Origin: Vezdaea acicularis
Taxonomy: Eukaryota
Assembly (NCBI GenBank): GCA_026025075.1
Contig: JAPEUI010000151.1
Span: forward strand, 1 to 35,203
DNA length: 35,203 nucleotides
Reading direction: 5' to 3'
The stretch's first letter is position 1. Every line of letters begins with the position of its first letter. Both the position numbers and the translations under genes were made by a program. The notes under the pieces were generated by a model. It was not told the origin of the DNA, did no database searches, and worked only from the letters and a program-made list of their open reading frames with translations. Positions 22,978-34,843 of the stretch are shown piece by piece.

Positions 22978-23937
22978 TTTGATCACGACCATAAAATAAT
23001 GCAACCCGATTCGGGTAAAATGGTGCACAAATTTGGACTGCGTTTAATCCCCGGGTCATTCTGATGAAAATCCAACCTTTTTTGGGTGCATGCGCGTAGA
23101 CAATCCGGCTCCACATTCATGCATTCCGATTGAAACAGCATCAAACTAAAACATGTGAGGATCAAGGAAGATTGTTTCACCCTGCGAAAGCGTTGTTGCA
23201 TCCATAGCAATGGCTAATTCACCCGCCACGTCGTATAGAGACGCATATTTGCGAGAAGCGTGTTCATGGTCTGGAATTCATTTGCATTCCCATCATATGT
23301 CGTGTGACGTGGGCCCGCCCAATGAGCAGTTCAACCGTCTCCCCGGTTTCTGCCAGATAATTGCTTTATCTAAGCGTTCGTGAATGAGGGGCACGAAGCT
23401 CTTTATCGTTCTAGAAAATTTCGGAAACTATCGGTCTATTCATGTTCAAGTGCGCAAAGCTGCTACCTGCGCCCTTCTAGAACGGCATTTCATAATTCGA
23501 GTGTACGTAAAATTAGCAAAGTGAAGTACGCCAGTGATTGAAAGTACTGTTTCCCGATCAACAGCTCACAGGTCCAAGCTTTCTCTCTGTCTGGGAGCTT
23601 CGCGGAGTTTTCGAGCGAAGTTTAGCGCGCCGATCCCACTAGTCCCATGCGAGCACCTACCACTCTAATCCTACGTTGGAAGTAGATTTAGCTCGTCTTC
23701 CCCTCAAACCACATCATATCTTCTTCTCTCTGCCATTGTTTCTGCTTTCAGCGCCAAAGTGTTCATCTTTGTTGCCCTTAGAGACGAGGCGTCCATCAAC
23801 CGGCCTTTTCCTCTGCCGAAGTGGGGCTTGTCCTCCCAAGCCATTAGACTCATCGTCATAGAAAGCCCCCCCCTTCCATCACCATCACACCACCATATCA
23901 AGTTACTCCTTATAAATCCAGAGCCAATATCTCCAAG

Positions 23938-24531
23938 ATGAACCCCCACAGGAAGAACAAAGTCGATATTAGCGTAAGGCCTTCTTAGCCCCACATCTCT
24001 CTATCCGCAGCCAAAAACCCTAACCTCCACCTTTAGACTCTTTCCCCCGACGAACAGCGCCTCTTCCGTCTCTACGGCAAACTTCCCAACCAGAAAGACC
24101 TGCTCTCTCAAAAGCTCAAGGAGCGCAAATACTTTGACAGCGGCGATTATGCGATGAGCAAAGCCGGCAAGTCCTCCGAAGTGGGCATGAGCGGCCTCGG
24201 CACCCAGCATCCGCTGCCGGAGAACATCCCGCATCTGTCGAGCCCAACGACAGGCGTGAACGGGCAAGGCCAGTTGCAGCTTGGGAGAGAAGGACAGGTC
24301 ATGCAGGGCCAAGGCGGGCAGAGCGGCAGTCCGGTCAAGGAGGGTAGCTTTTTGCAGCGGGAGACGAGCGCGGACGAGGTGGGGACGCCTGGGGAGGCCG
24401 CTGAGGGGTTGGAAGAAGTGCCAAAAGTGGAGACGACAAAGGTGGAGGAGAAGGCTCAGGAGGTGGAGGCAGAGCCGAGTGTCAGTCCGCCGCCCAAGAC
24501 CGAGGGGGTCCCGATTAGATGGCAGTCTTGA
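23938..24531 (+). CDS. IGO1: Endosulfine/ARPP19-family protein (Igo1-like)
   Basis: Exons 23938-23973 and 24037-24531. LYGKLP..KLKERKYFDSGDYAM carries the Greatwall/Rim15 phospho-site motif. Confidence 0.93.
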
Positions 24532-24829
24532 GGGTTGATTGGCCGATTGTTGGGTTCAAAGGGTCTTTCAGTACCGTGCTTGCTATCTTTTGAAGCTTCA
24601 TACGGGGCAAACTACATACGACTACTCCGAAGGACCGTCTGGCGTCGATGGTGTTTATCTTGGGGAATCTTTCAATTCTGTGACAGGCCTACCAGTACGT
24701 GCCTTAGTCGGTAGGCTGTGGTCCATCGAGTTCACAATTCGTCCTGCAGCCAGCGTGACTGCTTCTGGTATCTCCTATCAAGTCACTGCAAGCAAACGGC
24801 TTTTAGATGTATCTTTCTAGTCTATTCTC

Positions 24830-25994
24830 TCATAACGTAAAGGACTTTGATGCCATTGACTTGACCGCATCGAACGTCTTTGCTCCCCCAATGAACCCGC
24901 TCGCATGCACGAACACACCACCTTCGATCCCAGCAACTTTATCAAGATCTGCATCCCGGCACCCTCTCCAAGCCTCGGGCAGTGGTTTTCTGGATTCGAA
25001 GCTGTCTTTTGAGACCGGAACGCATTGAATCCTCCATTTGGCGTCAGGGCTGGGAGATTCGGGGTACAGCACATATAGCACCTTGCTCAAGGTTCCGGCT
25101 TCGTCTTCCAACGAATACAGATGGTCTTTCCACGGCACTCCCTGCTTGAAAACCATGATCCTGCCTTCGGGGTCATGCTGTTGTCGATTCGCGTAAGCTT
25201 CCTGAACCAGTTCTCGTGCGGGAAGCCAGGCTTGTGCGTAGTAGTCTAGCTTTCGCGAAAACACTTTTCCGATGAATTCAGATGCCTCGATGAACTTTTC
25301 GTCCTCGGCGGCCTGCGCGTCGTCTTTCGAGGCTGGCGTCGGGTCGTTCCAGTTCGGATTGAGATCGCCGATCAGCGAGCCTATCGAGACGCCTCCATCT
25401 GAGAAGCGCTTCGAGACGCCAGCCTTGTTCAGCGCTGCGGTATCATATGCTGATATGCCATTGTCATGCGCGTCCAGTGCTTCCACAAAGTCTGTATATA
25501 GCTTCTCCCATAACGCGGCCACTGCCGGAGACTCAACCGGTTGCGACAGTTTCTGGGCGATGATGGCCTTTCCAAAGTGGAGGAAGACAAGACCAGCAGA
25601 AGAGAGCTTTGTAGAGTGGGAAGGGAATGTCGTGTTGAAGGTCCGCTGGTGATGGTCGTATCTGTGCTTGCTTGGATCGTACTCTCCGCCAACGTCAACG
25701 ACGGTGTGGCAGGTTGATAGCAAGGCGGGATCCCGTGTGCGAACTAAGGTGCTAGGCTGGTATGACGGCAGGAGTCGGAGGAGATAGACGGCGAGCGCTT
25801 CGTCCGCATGGAAATGTCCACTAGGATGGAGAGCCAAGGTTAGCTGCTTGTGTGACCAGCAGATTGAATGTTGAACCACCCCCCCCACTTGAACAAAGGT
25901 CTGCAACTCACTTGTGCGTGCCAATCGCTGGCGGGGAAACCTTTAGTCTCTTTGCTGTTGTCTCACTGGCCATTGTGATTAGAGTTCGTAGCAT
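24830..25994 (-). CDS. MYG1: MYG1-family exonuclease (UPF0160)
   Basis: Exons 25994 (or 25973)-25912 and 25820-24830. Motifs IGTHNGHFHADE, VVDVGGEYD, YDHHQ, KLSSAGLV, PWKDHL, SRKPLPEAWRG, FVHASGFIGG. Confidence 0.96.
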
Positions 25995-26913
25995 GCAAGA
26001 GGCGGGGTAAAGAGAAACTATAGAGGATCCCCCACAAGTTCTCCGAGAAATGCGAATAGCTTCTCAAGATTTCTAGGTTTCGCATGTCGCCCACGCCAAG
26101 CTTTTCCAAGCGAGAACCCACTTGCCCCTTCTGGCTGGTAGAGCACCCTTCCTTGTTCCGAGATTGGCTGCTAACCGTGGAGAATGCTCTTTTTCGGCAA
26201 GCGCGTTGAAATTAGGGTTAATGAACAAGTGTCCCTCGCCCGGATCCATTTTTGAAATTCCGTATATTCCACAAACAATCCCCGGATTCGTGCTCAGTTG
26301 CATAAAGGGCGCATGACTAGCATCGATCTCTCCAGCGATTCGATCATCTTATCGACGCGGATCTAGCCATTCAACCCCCCCCTCCTTTTCGGCCGTCATT
26401 CCGCGATTAATCTGCAACAAGGGTGGCCCACGCGACAACCGCTCATTGGCACCTGCTCAAGCCTCGCTGGAGCAACTAGGCAACTGCTGGCTTCACTATC
26501 AGGCCGCACACCATTTTGACCCATACAGTCGACATCTTCCCCATCTGCAGTCCATCATCGCGGGGAAATCGACGCACATCCTGCATCACATTCCCGTACT
26601 TGGGACCCCTCACGTGCTGATACGAGCTCTCCGAAAGCTGCCTCGATAAGACGTGCTTTGCTTCTCTACAGCAGTTCTCGACGTTCCTATTCAACCCGAC
26701 GCATATACTTGATGGTACTTTGTTCTGAGCAACATCTGGAACAGCTTCGAGATCGTTACGGCATCGTCTGAGTGAGTTCCAGCGCGCTGCAGGCGCGGTC
26801 CTGGCGCGCGTTTCCCGCACTTTTCCCAACAACATCTTCAACCTCAACACTGATCTGCCCCCGCAGTACCCAGCTGAGCGCGCTCTAACGCGTTCTCGGC
26901 GCTGGAAGAGCCG

Positions 26914-28357
26914 ATGTGGATTACTCGAATATTCTCGTCCGTGACCTTCTTATTCTCAGTTATTCTTTCGATACCTTTGGCGTTTGATGTTGGTGGGAGG
27001 ACTTGTGGACTTGCCTTTTCGCTGGCGCTTTCGTCGTTTTATTTCAGCTATTCGGTACTTCGATTAATCACACCAGACGGGTCGAGATTTAGGTATGCGT
27101 TGGTGCAGCTGGTCGGGCTGACGCAGTGGATCATACTCCCGTCGTTGTTGATATGGTCCTTGAATCGGTTTTCTATCGACGGAGGAGCCTCTGGAGGATG
27201 GGTTGAGCGGACATTTGGGGGCAGGAGGGCTGTTGACCTGAGCATAAGAGAGTGGCTCTTTGGCCCGAGAGGTCTCATTGAGACTTCCACAATAGGCAGC
27301 TGGGACAGCATCTTGAAGTACTCAACGCCCTTCTTCCAGCTGTGCGAGGGGTTTTGCAGCCTGCTGGTCATTCAGGCGGCAGGGCAGATCAGTCGATGGC
27401 TGGTCAACCGAGGCCGAAGTGACACTTGGATGGTGAGCTCTAGGAACTCGTTAGTAGCAGACAGGAGAAGCTGACTTTGGAGTTGTAGATTGTCTTACTG
27501 GTAACCTCTGCTTCAATCATTTCGAGCTCGGTATACTTTCTGTGGAGGATAACCAAGTTCCCCGAAATTGGCAACGTGGATGCGACGCTCATTGGAGTCA
27601 CAATCACGTGTGCAGTGTTCCTCTGCGCGTGGGGCATTGGAAGCGGAAGAGGCAATCCAGTGGAGAGCTCCTTACTCGTGAGCCAACCCTAACCCTAACC
27701 CTAAATCTTCGCGATCGAGACACTAACAAAAGTTGTTTTATGCAGTTCGCTTACATTGTTCTGTGCATGTACCAAATCTTCACCGACTACATGCCGTCCA
27801 AGCCGCCGGAAACGGCCACGCCCCCTGCCCAGCCCGAGTTCCCCCCACTTCCCCCTATAATCATGGCCTCCTATTCGACCCTCATCCACGCTCTTTCAAC
27901 TCTGCCCTCGACCATCCACTCGTCTTTCAACTTCATCGTGGCCGCCCTGTCGACCATAACCCCCTCCGTGATCGTGTCCCTCGCCTACCGTCTCTTTGTC
28001 TTTTACGCCGCGACGCGTATCATCCCCGCCGTACGCGAAAGCGGCGCCCGCGCGCTCTCGCAAGAACCCTCCCTCGAAGACGCGGACGGCGCGGGTCGGC
28101 TTATCGGGCTTGCCAGCTGGTTCAGCCCGAGCATCCTGATCGCTGTCTACACGAGTCTGCTAATGCAACACTTTGCCAGCACATCTGGGAACGGGGGCAG
28201 TCACGGCGAGTGGTGGACCAGTCAGGGGGGCGACGTTGGCGGGAACCTGTGGCGCTGGATTAACGTCGCGGGTACGATGGCGCTGTATGCGCTGGAGCTG
28301 TATCTGGGGAAGGACGAGATGGATGGGGGGTTGACTGGGCATTGGAAGGCCGATTGA
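26914..28357 (+). CDS. ICE2: ER membrane protein Ice2
   Basis: Exons 26914-27432, 27489-27677, 27746-28357. LSIPLAFDVGGRTCGLAFSL, STPFFQLCEGF, SGRGNPVESSLLFAY, SPSILIAVYT; many hydrophobic segments. Confidence 0.93.
27687..27704 (+). repeat. Telomere-type (CCCTAA)3 inside an ICE2 intron
   Basis: Directly visible: CCCTAACCCTAACCCTAA within intron 27678-27745. Confidence 0.85.
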
Positions 28358-29357
28358 AGAGGAAGTTAGGGGAAATTCAAGCAGGAACGACACACGGCAG
28401 GGAAGAGACACTGCCACCAGCATCAGAGAAGGCTGTATGCGCAAGCGGCTTGGGCGAACCGTCTGGTGACACTGCGGGCATGCGGACGGGACAAGACTTT
28501 CAGTCCCGTCATAGTTGTTAGGGTTCATCCTAGATCTTTTCCACAGAGCTTCGCCGCACATTGCCGACTGCACGCACCCCCTATTTTGGCGACCACGCAA
28601 CACCCACCACCGCTCAACCTCTACCTCGGAGTACCACGAATCGTTAATCAGCATTCAGCATTCAGCACGTCCGCTCTCAGTTCAACTCGTCATCATCAAC
28701 ATCAACATCATCCCCGCCCCCCTCGAAACTACAATGTCGACTTGCACATCTAGCTGGAGCTTAACCATTGCCAGTTCCTCCAGGTTAGAAGGGACTCTCT
28801 AGAAGGTAGAGGAAGATAGGAAGAAAGGAGGAAGCGGAGAGAGGGGAGAGAGATATGCCCCCCCTCCTCCATCACAAATCTAATTCTCACTTGCTCCACA
28901 CAACGACTCGTCCAAGACGGGTCCTCGGTCCCATTTTTTTTTTCTGCAACGCACGGCCCTCGGAGCGAGCGCTGAATTTAAGATATTAGACAGATATATA
29001 ATTCACTTAATCCTCCCACGCCGATTGCTTAGCTTCGCGTTATGTGCCTCTTTTCCTGCTTCCCTTGGCTCTCCTTCGCTCTCCTCTACATCCTTACCCC
29101 CATCCCTCCCTAACCGTTCATTGATGTATGTGTACGTGCGTTTGAGTGGTTTATCTCATCTCATCTCATCATCACCCTCTCCCTCCCTATCCCGCCATGT
29201 TCCTCCCTTCCTTTTCCGGATCTCAGCAAAAAAAGAACGAAAACATGATCACTGCCCCGACCCGCACAGCCTCCCCTATCCACTCCGTCTAGCTAGAACA
29301 GCACTCCTGCGAGTTCGAGCTTCTACGCGCTTCCCCCCTTCCCAATTCTTTCCTCAC

Positions 29358-29414
29358 CAGCCCATTACTTCGTCGACAGCCCATTACCTCGTCGACAGCC
29401 CATTACTCCATCGA
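29358..29414. repeat. Minisatellite, 3 x 19 bp
   Basis: CAGCCCATTACTTCGTCGA / CAGCCCATTACCTCGTCGA / CAGCCCATTACTCCATCGA. Confidence 0.9.
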
Positions 29415-30437
29415 CCCTCCCTTTCCAGACAGCAGCAACCATTTTCAACCGCCTATGTGCGCGAAGGGGGGGACGTGACGTCTCGAGGTTGGGGGGGTAT
29501 GTATCTAGCGGGTCGACAGAAGAGGGGGGAGGAGAGCGGGGCGGGTGGAGTGGTGGATGTTTTGGTGGGGGAAGGGGGGAGTTTGGGTAGGGGTACCTTC
29601 TCTGAGGGAGGGGAGGGAGAGGGGTAGGGTGGGGTAAGCGCTTACGAGCTTGATGGCTAGCCACGTTTTGATGCGGTGGACGATAAGGATGATGGAGACA
29701 TGGTAGGGACACCTTGGGCAAGGCAGCGGTGCGGTGCAAGATGGTAAGACCGCTAGGCGACCAGCAAGTCTGCGGAACTATAGCAGTGTAAAAATTAAGG
29801 GGGAAAGGCACTCACCAGCTAGCCGGAGGGGAGCCGTAGGAGAGCTTACTACGAAGCTCTTAGACTCACAAACGGACGTATGAACCCTATCACAACGGAA
29901 TACCCCAGAAAGTGACGAATCAAACACTCAACTTCAAAACCGCCAGATAGTAGCATAGCAAGGGGCTACTAGCGATGGTGCAGCACCCAGCCGCCGGCTC
30001 CCGAGCTGATGCGCGATGGGACGCCAAGAAGAGCGTGCGTGTGAATGCGCGTGGATGCGCGTGGATACTGCAGGTGTGGGGGGTTTGACAGGTGCATGCA
30101 TGTAAGGCGGGAATAAGAGGGGATGCCGAGACAGCACGCCGGGGCGCAGAAGGGCGGGGAGGAGAAGCATGGAAGTAAGAGAAGCAAGAGAAGGGAAAGA
30201 GAAGGAGCGGAAAAAGAAGGAGAGAAGGTAAAGCAGAAGGTGAAAGAAAAGCAACCGGAGCTGCTCCCCAGCTCACTCGCCCGTCCGCCAGCCTCGCAAG
30301 GGGGGTGAGTGAATGAGTGAGTGAGTGATGGAGTGAGCATCCATCATCCCATCGCCTGCTCCACCCCAGCTCTTCGCAGCTTCAACAACAAGGCGGAGGC
30401 TCATGCCCCCTACGGCATGAACCGATGGCCAGATAAT

Positions 30438-30530
30438 AAACCAATGAACAGGGCACAAACCAATGAACAGAGCAACCCCCCCCCAATAAACAGAGCACCC
30501 CTCGATACCAGGGCATAAGCCGATAAACAA
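30438..30530. repeat. Degenerate ~19-22 bp tandem repeat with core CCAATRAACAGRGCA
   Basis: Three good copies (CCAAT at 30441, 30460, 30483) plus two decayed copies. Confidence 0.75.
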
Positions 30531-33301
30531 CAACGCTCTGCCCCACATGCGCCGACCCAGCAGGCGCAGACCGCGCGGCTACGGATATTGCATTATTCCC
30601 CTCCTTCCCATTGCCCAGCTAAGCCAGCCTATCCCATTTCAATCCCATCGCGGCGTGTGTCTATGCAAGGGCTTCACGAGGAGACTAGCGATGACCTAGT
30701 CTACTCGTGGGCGGCAGTAGGGAAGGGAGGAAAAGAAAAAATGGGGCTCTTGGGCGTGCTTGATGGGCAATATCATGATCCTGGGCTGCAGGCGGCTAAA
30801 TAGTGGCAGGGGGAGGAGATACCCGCGATATGAGCGCTGAGTGGGTGAAGTGGGGAGGTTGGGGATTGTCTTTTCCACCACTGCTGGCCATGTCTTCATA
30901 TTGGCCGTGCATAAGAAAGAGCGAGAGCCAGAACGAAAGAGCGCGAGAGAAAGAAAAGGCAATAAAATAGAGGACATCGATCCATCGATCATCGCCTAAC
31001 CACAAAGAACGAGGCTCACTCACTCGCAGCGGCAAAAAACCTCAGCGCTAACCCCCAGCCCCAACGTAGCGGCTAATCCCGCCCGTCGTTCGTAGCTGCA
31101 GGGCGCTTAACCCTCGAGGCCAACCATACCACCGCCAAAAAACCCATCCAACCCAGCATGTACGCAGCAACCAATACGCCAAACAACCTAAACCGCAACG
31201 CAGAACGAAACGAATGAGCTTATACCACACCATTTAGTCCCCTTCCTCACCCTCCCTCTCTCTCTCGACGCGACTATTTCGTCCACGTGACTCTCTCTAT
31301 AGCTCGAGTAGCTGATTGGTTTTTCTCTAATCGATGATCGAGGTAAACGTAACGCGCAATGACGCTCGCTCGGCGGGAGGAAGAGATCGGCGGAATCAGA
31401 GCCACTAGAGCGTTCCCTTCCTCTTGCCGGAAAGTCGGAAAGGGCGGTCCCGAGGAGGAGATCTCGATGCGATGGTTTGGCTAGGTTGGGAGAAGAAGGG
31501 AAGGGGTAGACCGGCGCGAGGCGCGGAGAGCGCGGGAGGAGGATTGTACTGTACGAGTACAGTGGGGGGAGGGGGGTGGTAGGTATTGTAACAATTACGA
31601 GACTCGGTAATACATGGCAGAACACCCAGGAAATCCGGAACCCGTCTGTACTTGATGGAGGCATTTTATTCAATTGATATATGATATATTGAAGACCTCC
31701 CCAGGTAATCTGGGAGCTAGGTCTTTTCCTTACGAATGGATTCGTTGATTTTACCCACTTATGGAATACGTGTACGCATTGAGTCCGCCTGTGTAAGTAA
31801 ACCGCACTCACGCAGGAATGCTCTATGATAGTTCCGATCGTCCACGTCAGAACACAGATGAAGTGGAGCGGATCGGTAGAAAGGCCGGCAGTGGCGGTTA
31901 TTCAGGAATGCAGAATGCGGAATGCGGGAGACTTTTCCAAGCGCGGATAAACTGGTCGAGGAGAGGAAAGCGAGGTGCGCGCAGAGAGCTAAGTGATAGA
32001 ACGAACAAAAACTTGCTAGAGTGAATGAAGCTTCAAGTATGACGTGAGGATCGGTCCACCCCTCCCCCCATCTTTCTCCTCAGAGGCACCGCGGATCTGC
32101 GGAACCCCGGCTGCGGCGGGCCCCGAAACTTGGCCGGATGGGGCGGAGGGGGGTGTGTGTGTTCCTCACCTAAGTCCCCATGAAGCGACCATCGTCTCAA
32201 GACGCAGACCCGCGACCGTTCCTCGCCGCTTGCTCGTGTGCACGGCATGGTGTTCAGCGAACGGATACATGGACAGTATCTGTGCAGCGCCGGGTGTCAC
32301 CTAATGAGACCAGTTGCTGTTGCTTTTCACACAGAACGAGGGAGCGAGAGAGAGAGGAAGAGAGGGTGGGGAAGGGAAGGGCAGAACCCCGACGACCCGC
32401 CCCCGCGCGTGCGCGCGCAAGAGAGAGAGCGAGGAAAAAAATTCTGCAGGCGCGGACCAGGGTGGCATGTTTCTGCCCCTGTCATCGCGCCTGAAACGGC
32501 GCCAAAAGAGAGGGGCCGGGGTGGGGACCACACGACGAGGGCTCCCTGGCCGTCAGCGTCACTGCTACGGTACCGGGACTCATACTGTTCACGGGACCCT
32601 GCACGTACGTCGTTTGCTCTTTCTCCATCGGCGATGAATGGGCTGGTGAGCACTTGCTGGTCCATGCGGGAGTAAGAAGAGTAAGAAGCAAGGAGTAGTT
32701 AGGCGAATGGAAGGCTCGTTTGCTCGTCGGCTACGGTAGTAGTAAGGGCAGGGCGCCTGGGGTTTGCGCGAGCGAGCGAGGCGGCCGCGAGGAAGAGGGA
32801 ATCCAGCTTCTTCGCAACGAGAGCCGGTGTCGTGATAGGACAGGCGAAGAAGAGATTACCATCATCGATCTAGCATCTCCTTACGCACCGTTCAAGGCCC
32901 GTAACGCAACTTTCTCCTCCCCACGAGAAGAAAACGATAGAAGGCAGACGGCGCTTCCAGACAGACGACCCGAGCTAGTCCGTCTCAGTCCGATAGTCAG
33001 GCGGTTATTGTTCAGTAGTGGCATAACGAGACTACATAGCCGCGCGGTGCGGGCAGACTCACGAAATGAACGGGGAGCGAGGACGGGGCTGAGACGGGAC
33101 CAATCAGGGAGGATAAGCGGGCCGGTCGACCTGGTCGTTCTTGCTGCTGCTGCTGCGGACAAAAATGACGCCAGTTTTGTAGGCGGTGGAGGTGGGTTGA
33201 TGGGGAAAGGGCGAGGTGGTGGGCGGCTGTTGGTGGAAGGAAGGAACGAGGGAAGGAAGGAGTGGGTTGGTGGTGGTTCCTTCTCTTCTGGAAAGGGAGG
33301 G

Positions 33302-33322
33302 TGCTGCTGCTGCTGCTGCTGC
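33302..33322. repeat. (TGC)7 microsatellite
   Basis: Directly visible; a (TGC)5 also lies at 33142-33156. Confidence 0.9.
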
Positions 33323-33448
33323 GGTCCGCTGATGACGACGGGAAGGGAAGGGTCGCTTCGCTTGGGAGGGGAAGGCGCTTGATGGGGCTGGCTGCGCGTG
33401 TGGAGGTTTATGTCGAGTTTCTTCTCCGAGCTTTGTCAGGAAGGAAAA

Positions 33449-33472
<24 letters not shown>
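33449..33472. repeat. (AG)12 microsatellite
   Basis: Directly visible. Confidence 0.9.
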
Positions 33473-33479
<7 letters not shown>

Positions 33480-34400
33480 GTGCTACGGTGTCGTTTCCAA
33501 AGTTGCGTTTCCGCTGCTTCTGCTGCTTTCTCCGCGTTACTTTCACGGCGTCGTGCGAGCTGGTGCAGCCCGGCACTCTTTCGTTTTCCCGGCGGCAGGG
33601 GTCCGTATGGCCCCGTCTCACGCGGGACGCGACTACTGCGGCACTTGCTGCTCGACGTCTGGTCTTTCCCCCTCCCCCTCCCACCTCCATCTCTCGGGGC
33701 TTCGGCTCGACCACCGTCGTCATTCCCATCTCATCTTTCATCCTCGTCTTTCTCATCTTCACCTCTTACCTCATCCGCAATGCTCGATCCTTGTCCTGGT
33801 CACTTCCTCGGTTTGCTCGCTGACATGCTCGCTCGCCTGCTCTCTCTTTCACTCTGCCTCGGCTGTCGTTCGACGGCTCCAAGTTGTGACGATGGGGAGA
33901 GCGCACGTGGATGTCCCCTCGACGCCACGGCGGATGGGGCGCGAAAGCGGAGGGCGGCTTACCGTTCCCCGTCCACGATGCGAGAACGCAAGCGGCTTAT
34001 CTGTCAACCGCCTCCTCCCCCCTTCACTCGCCTCTCCTCTCTCTTCCGCAGAACACGACTCACTCCCGGCTGCATCCCCCGCCCCGAATAGAGGTCGCCG
34101 CAAAAGCCGCGTGTAGAAGAAGAAGCACGGCGAAGGGAAAAGCAACGCGGGCAGGGCAGGGCTGCTGCGGGTGGACCGGAGCCTGCCGCGCTTGCTTCGT
34201 GTCCGGTGGTCCGCCTTGCGTCTGACGAAACTCCCGGGGGAGGCTGCGCGACGTGATACGTTCGGGGGGGAGGGAGACCAGGGACGGGGGGGACGGGGAC
34301 TGGAAACACACGCAGCCGCTGCCCGGTGCGCTTGCTCGCCTAGTCGTGCTTCTTCTTCTTCTGCGTCTGCTGTCTGCTTCTGGTCCATCCCGTTCGCCCT

Positions 34401-34513
34401 ATGACATGACATGACATTCGAACGTGGGCGGGCCAACGACGTCGTAGCTCGTCGTTCCGTCCACTCGACGAACGAACGAACGTGCGACTCGACTCGACTC
34501 GACTCGACTCGAC
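34401..34513. repeat. Cluster of short tandem repeats: (ATGAC)3, (ACGA)3, (CGACT)5
   Basis: At 34401-34415, ~34468-34479 and 34485-34513. Confidence 0.85.
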
Positions 34514-34806
34514 CGAGCCGGGTGCCTGTTCGGGCGGCAGGAGGGACGACGGACCGAGCGGCTGCGTCGTGAAAGGTCGGGGCCGACGCTACTGTCGCAC
34601 CCGCGCCTCGTCGGCCTCCGCGGCCTCCATTGGCGGGGCTGTGGTGGCCCCCGCGGGTTGTGCGCGGCCCCTTCTCGCGAAAGCTGCTGCACGGAGCAGA
34701 AAGGGGACATGCGCGCGATGAGGCCGCCGTCAGATGAGCGCGTCACGGAGGGGCGATATGCCCAATCTCGCGGCCGCACCGGGCGCGGGCGTGCGTGTTG
34801 GTTGGG

Positions 34807-34808
<2 letters not shown>

Positions 34809-34843
<35 letters not shown>
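34809..34843. repeat. G35 homopolymer within a G-run-rich tract
   Basis: 35 consecutive G, with further G runs up to 34920. Confidence 0.9.

Noticed and set aside
28648..28712. C/D-box-like TGATGA and CTGA motifs on the minus strand
   Set aside because: Both derive from short tandem repeats and are too close together for a snoRNA.
29358..29414. CRISPR-like repeats
   Set aside because: Eukaryotic context and head-to-tail units with no spacers; an ordinary minisatellite.
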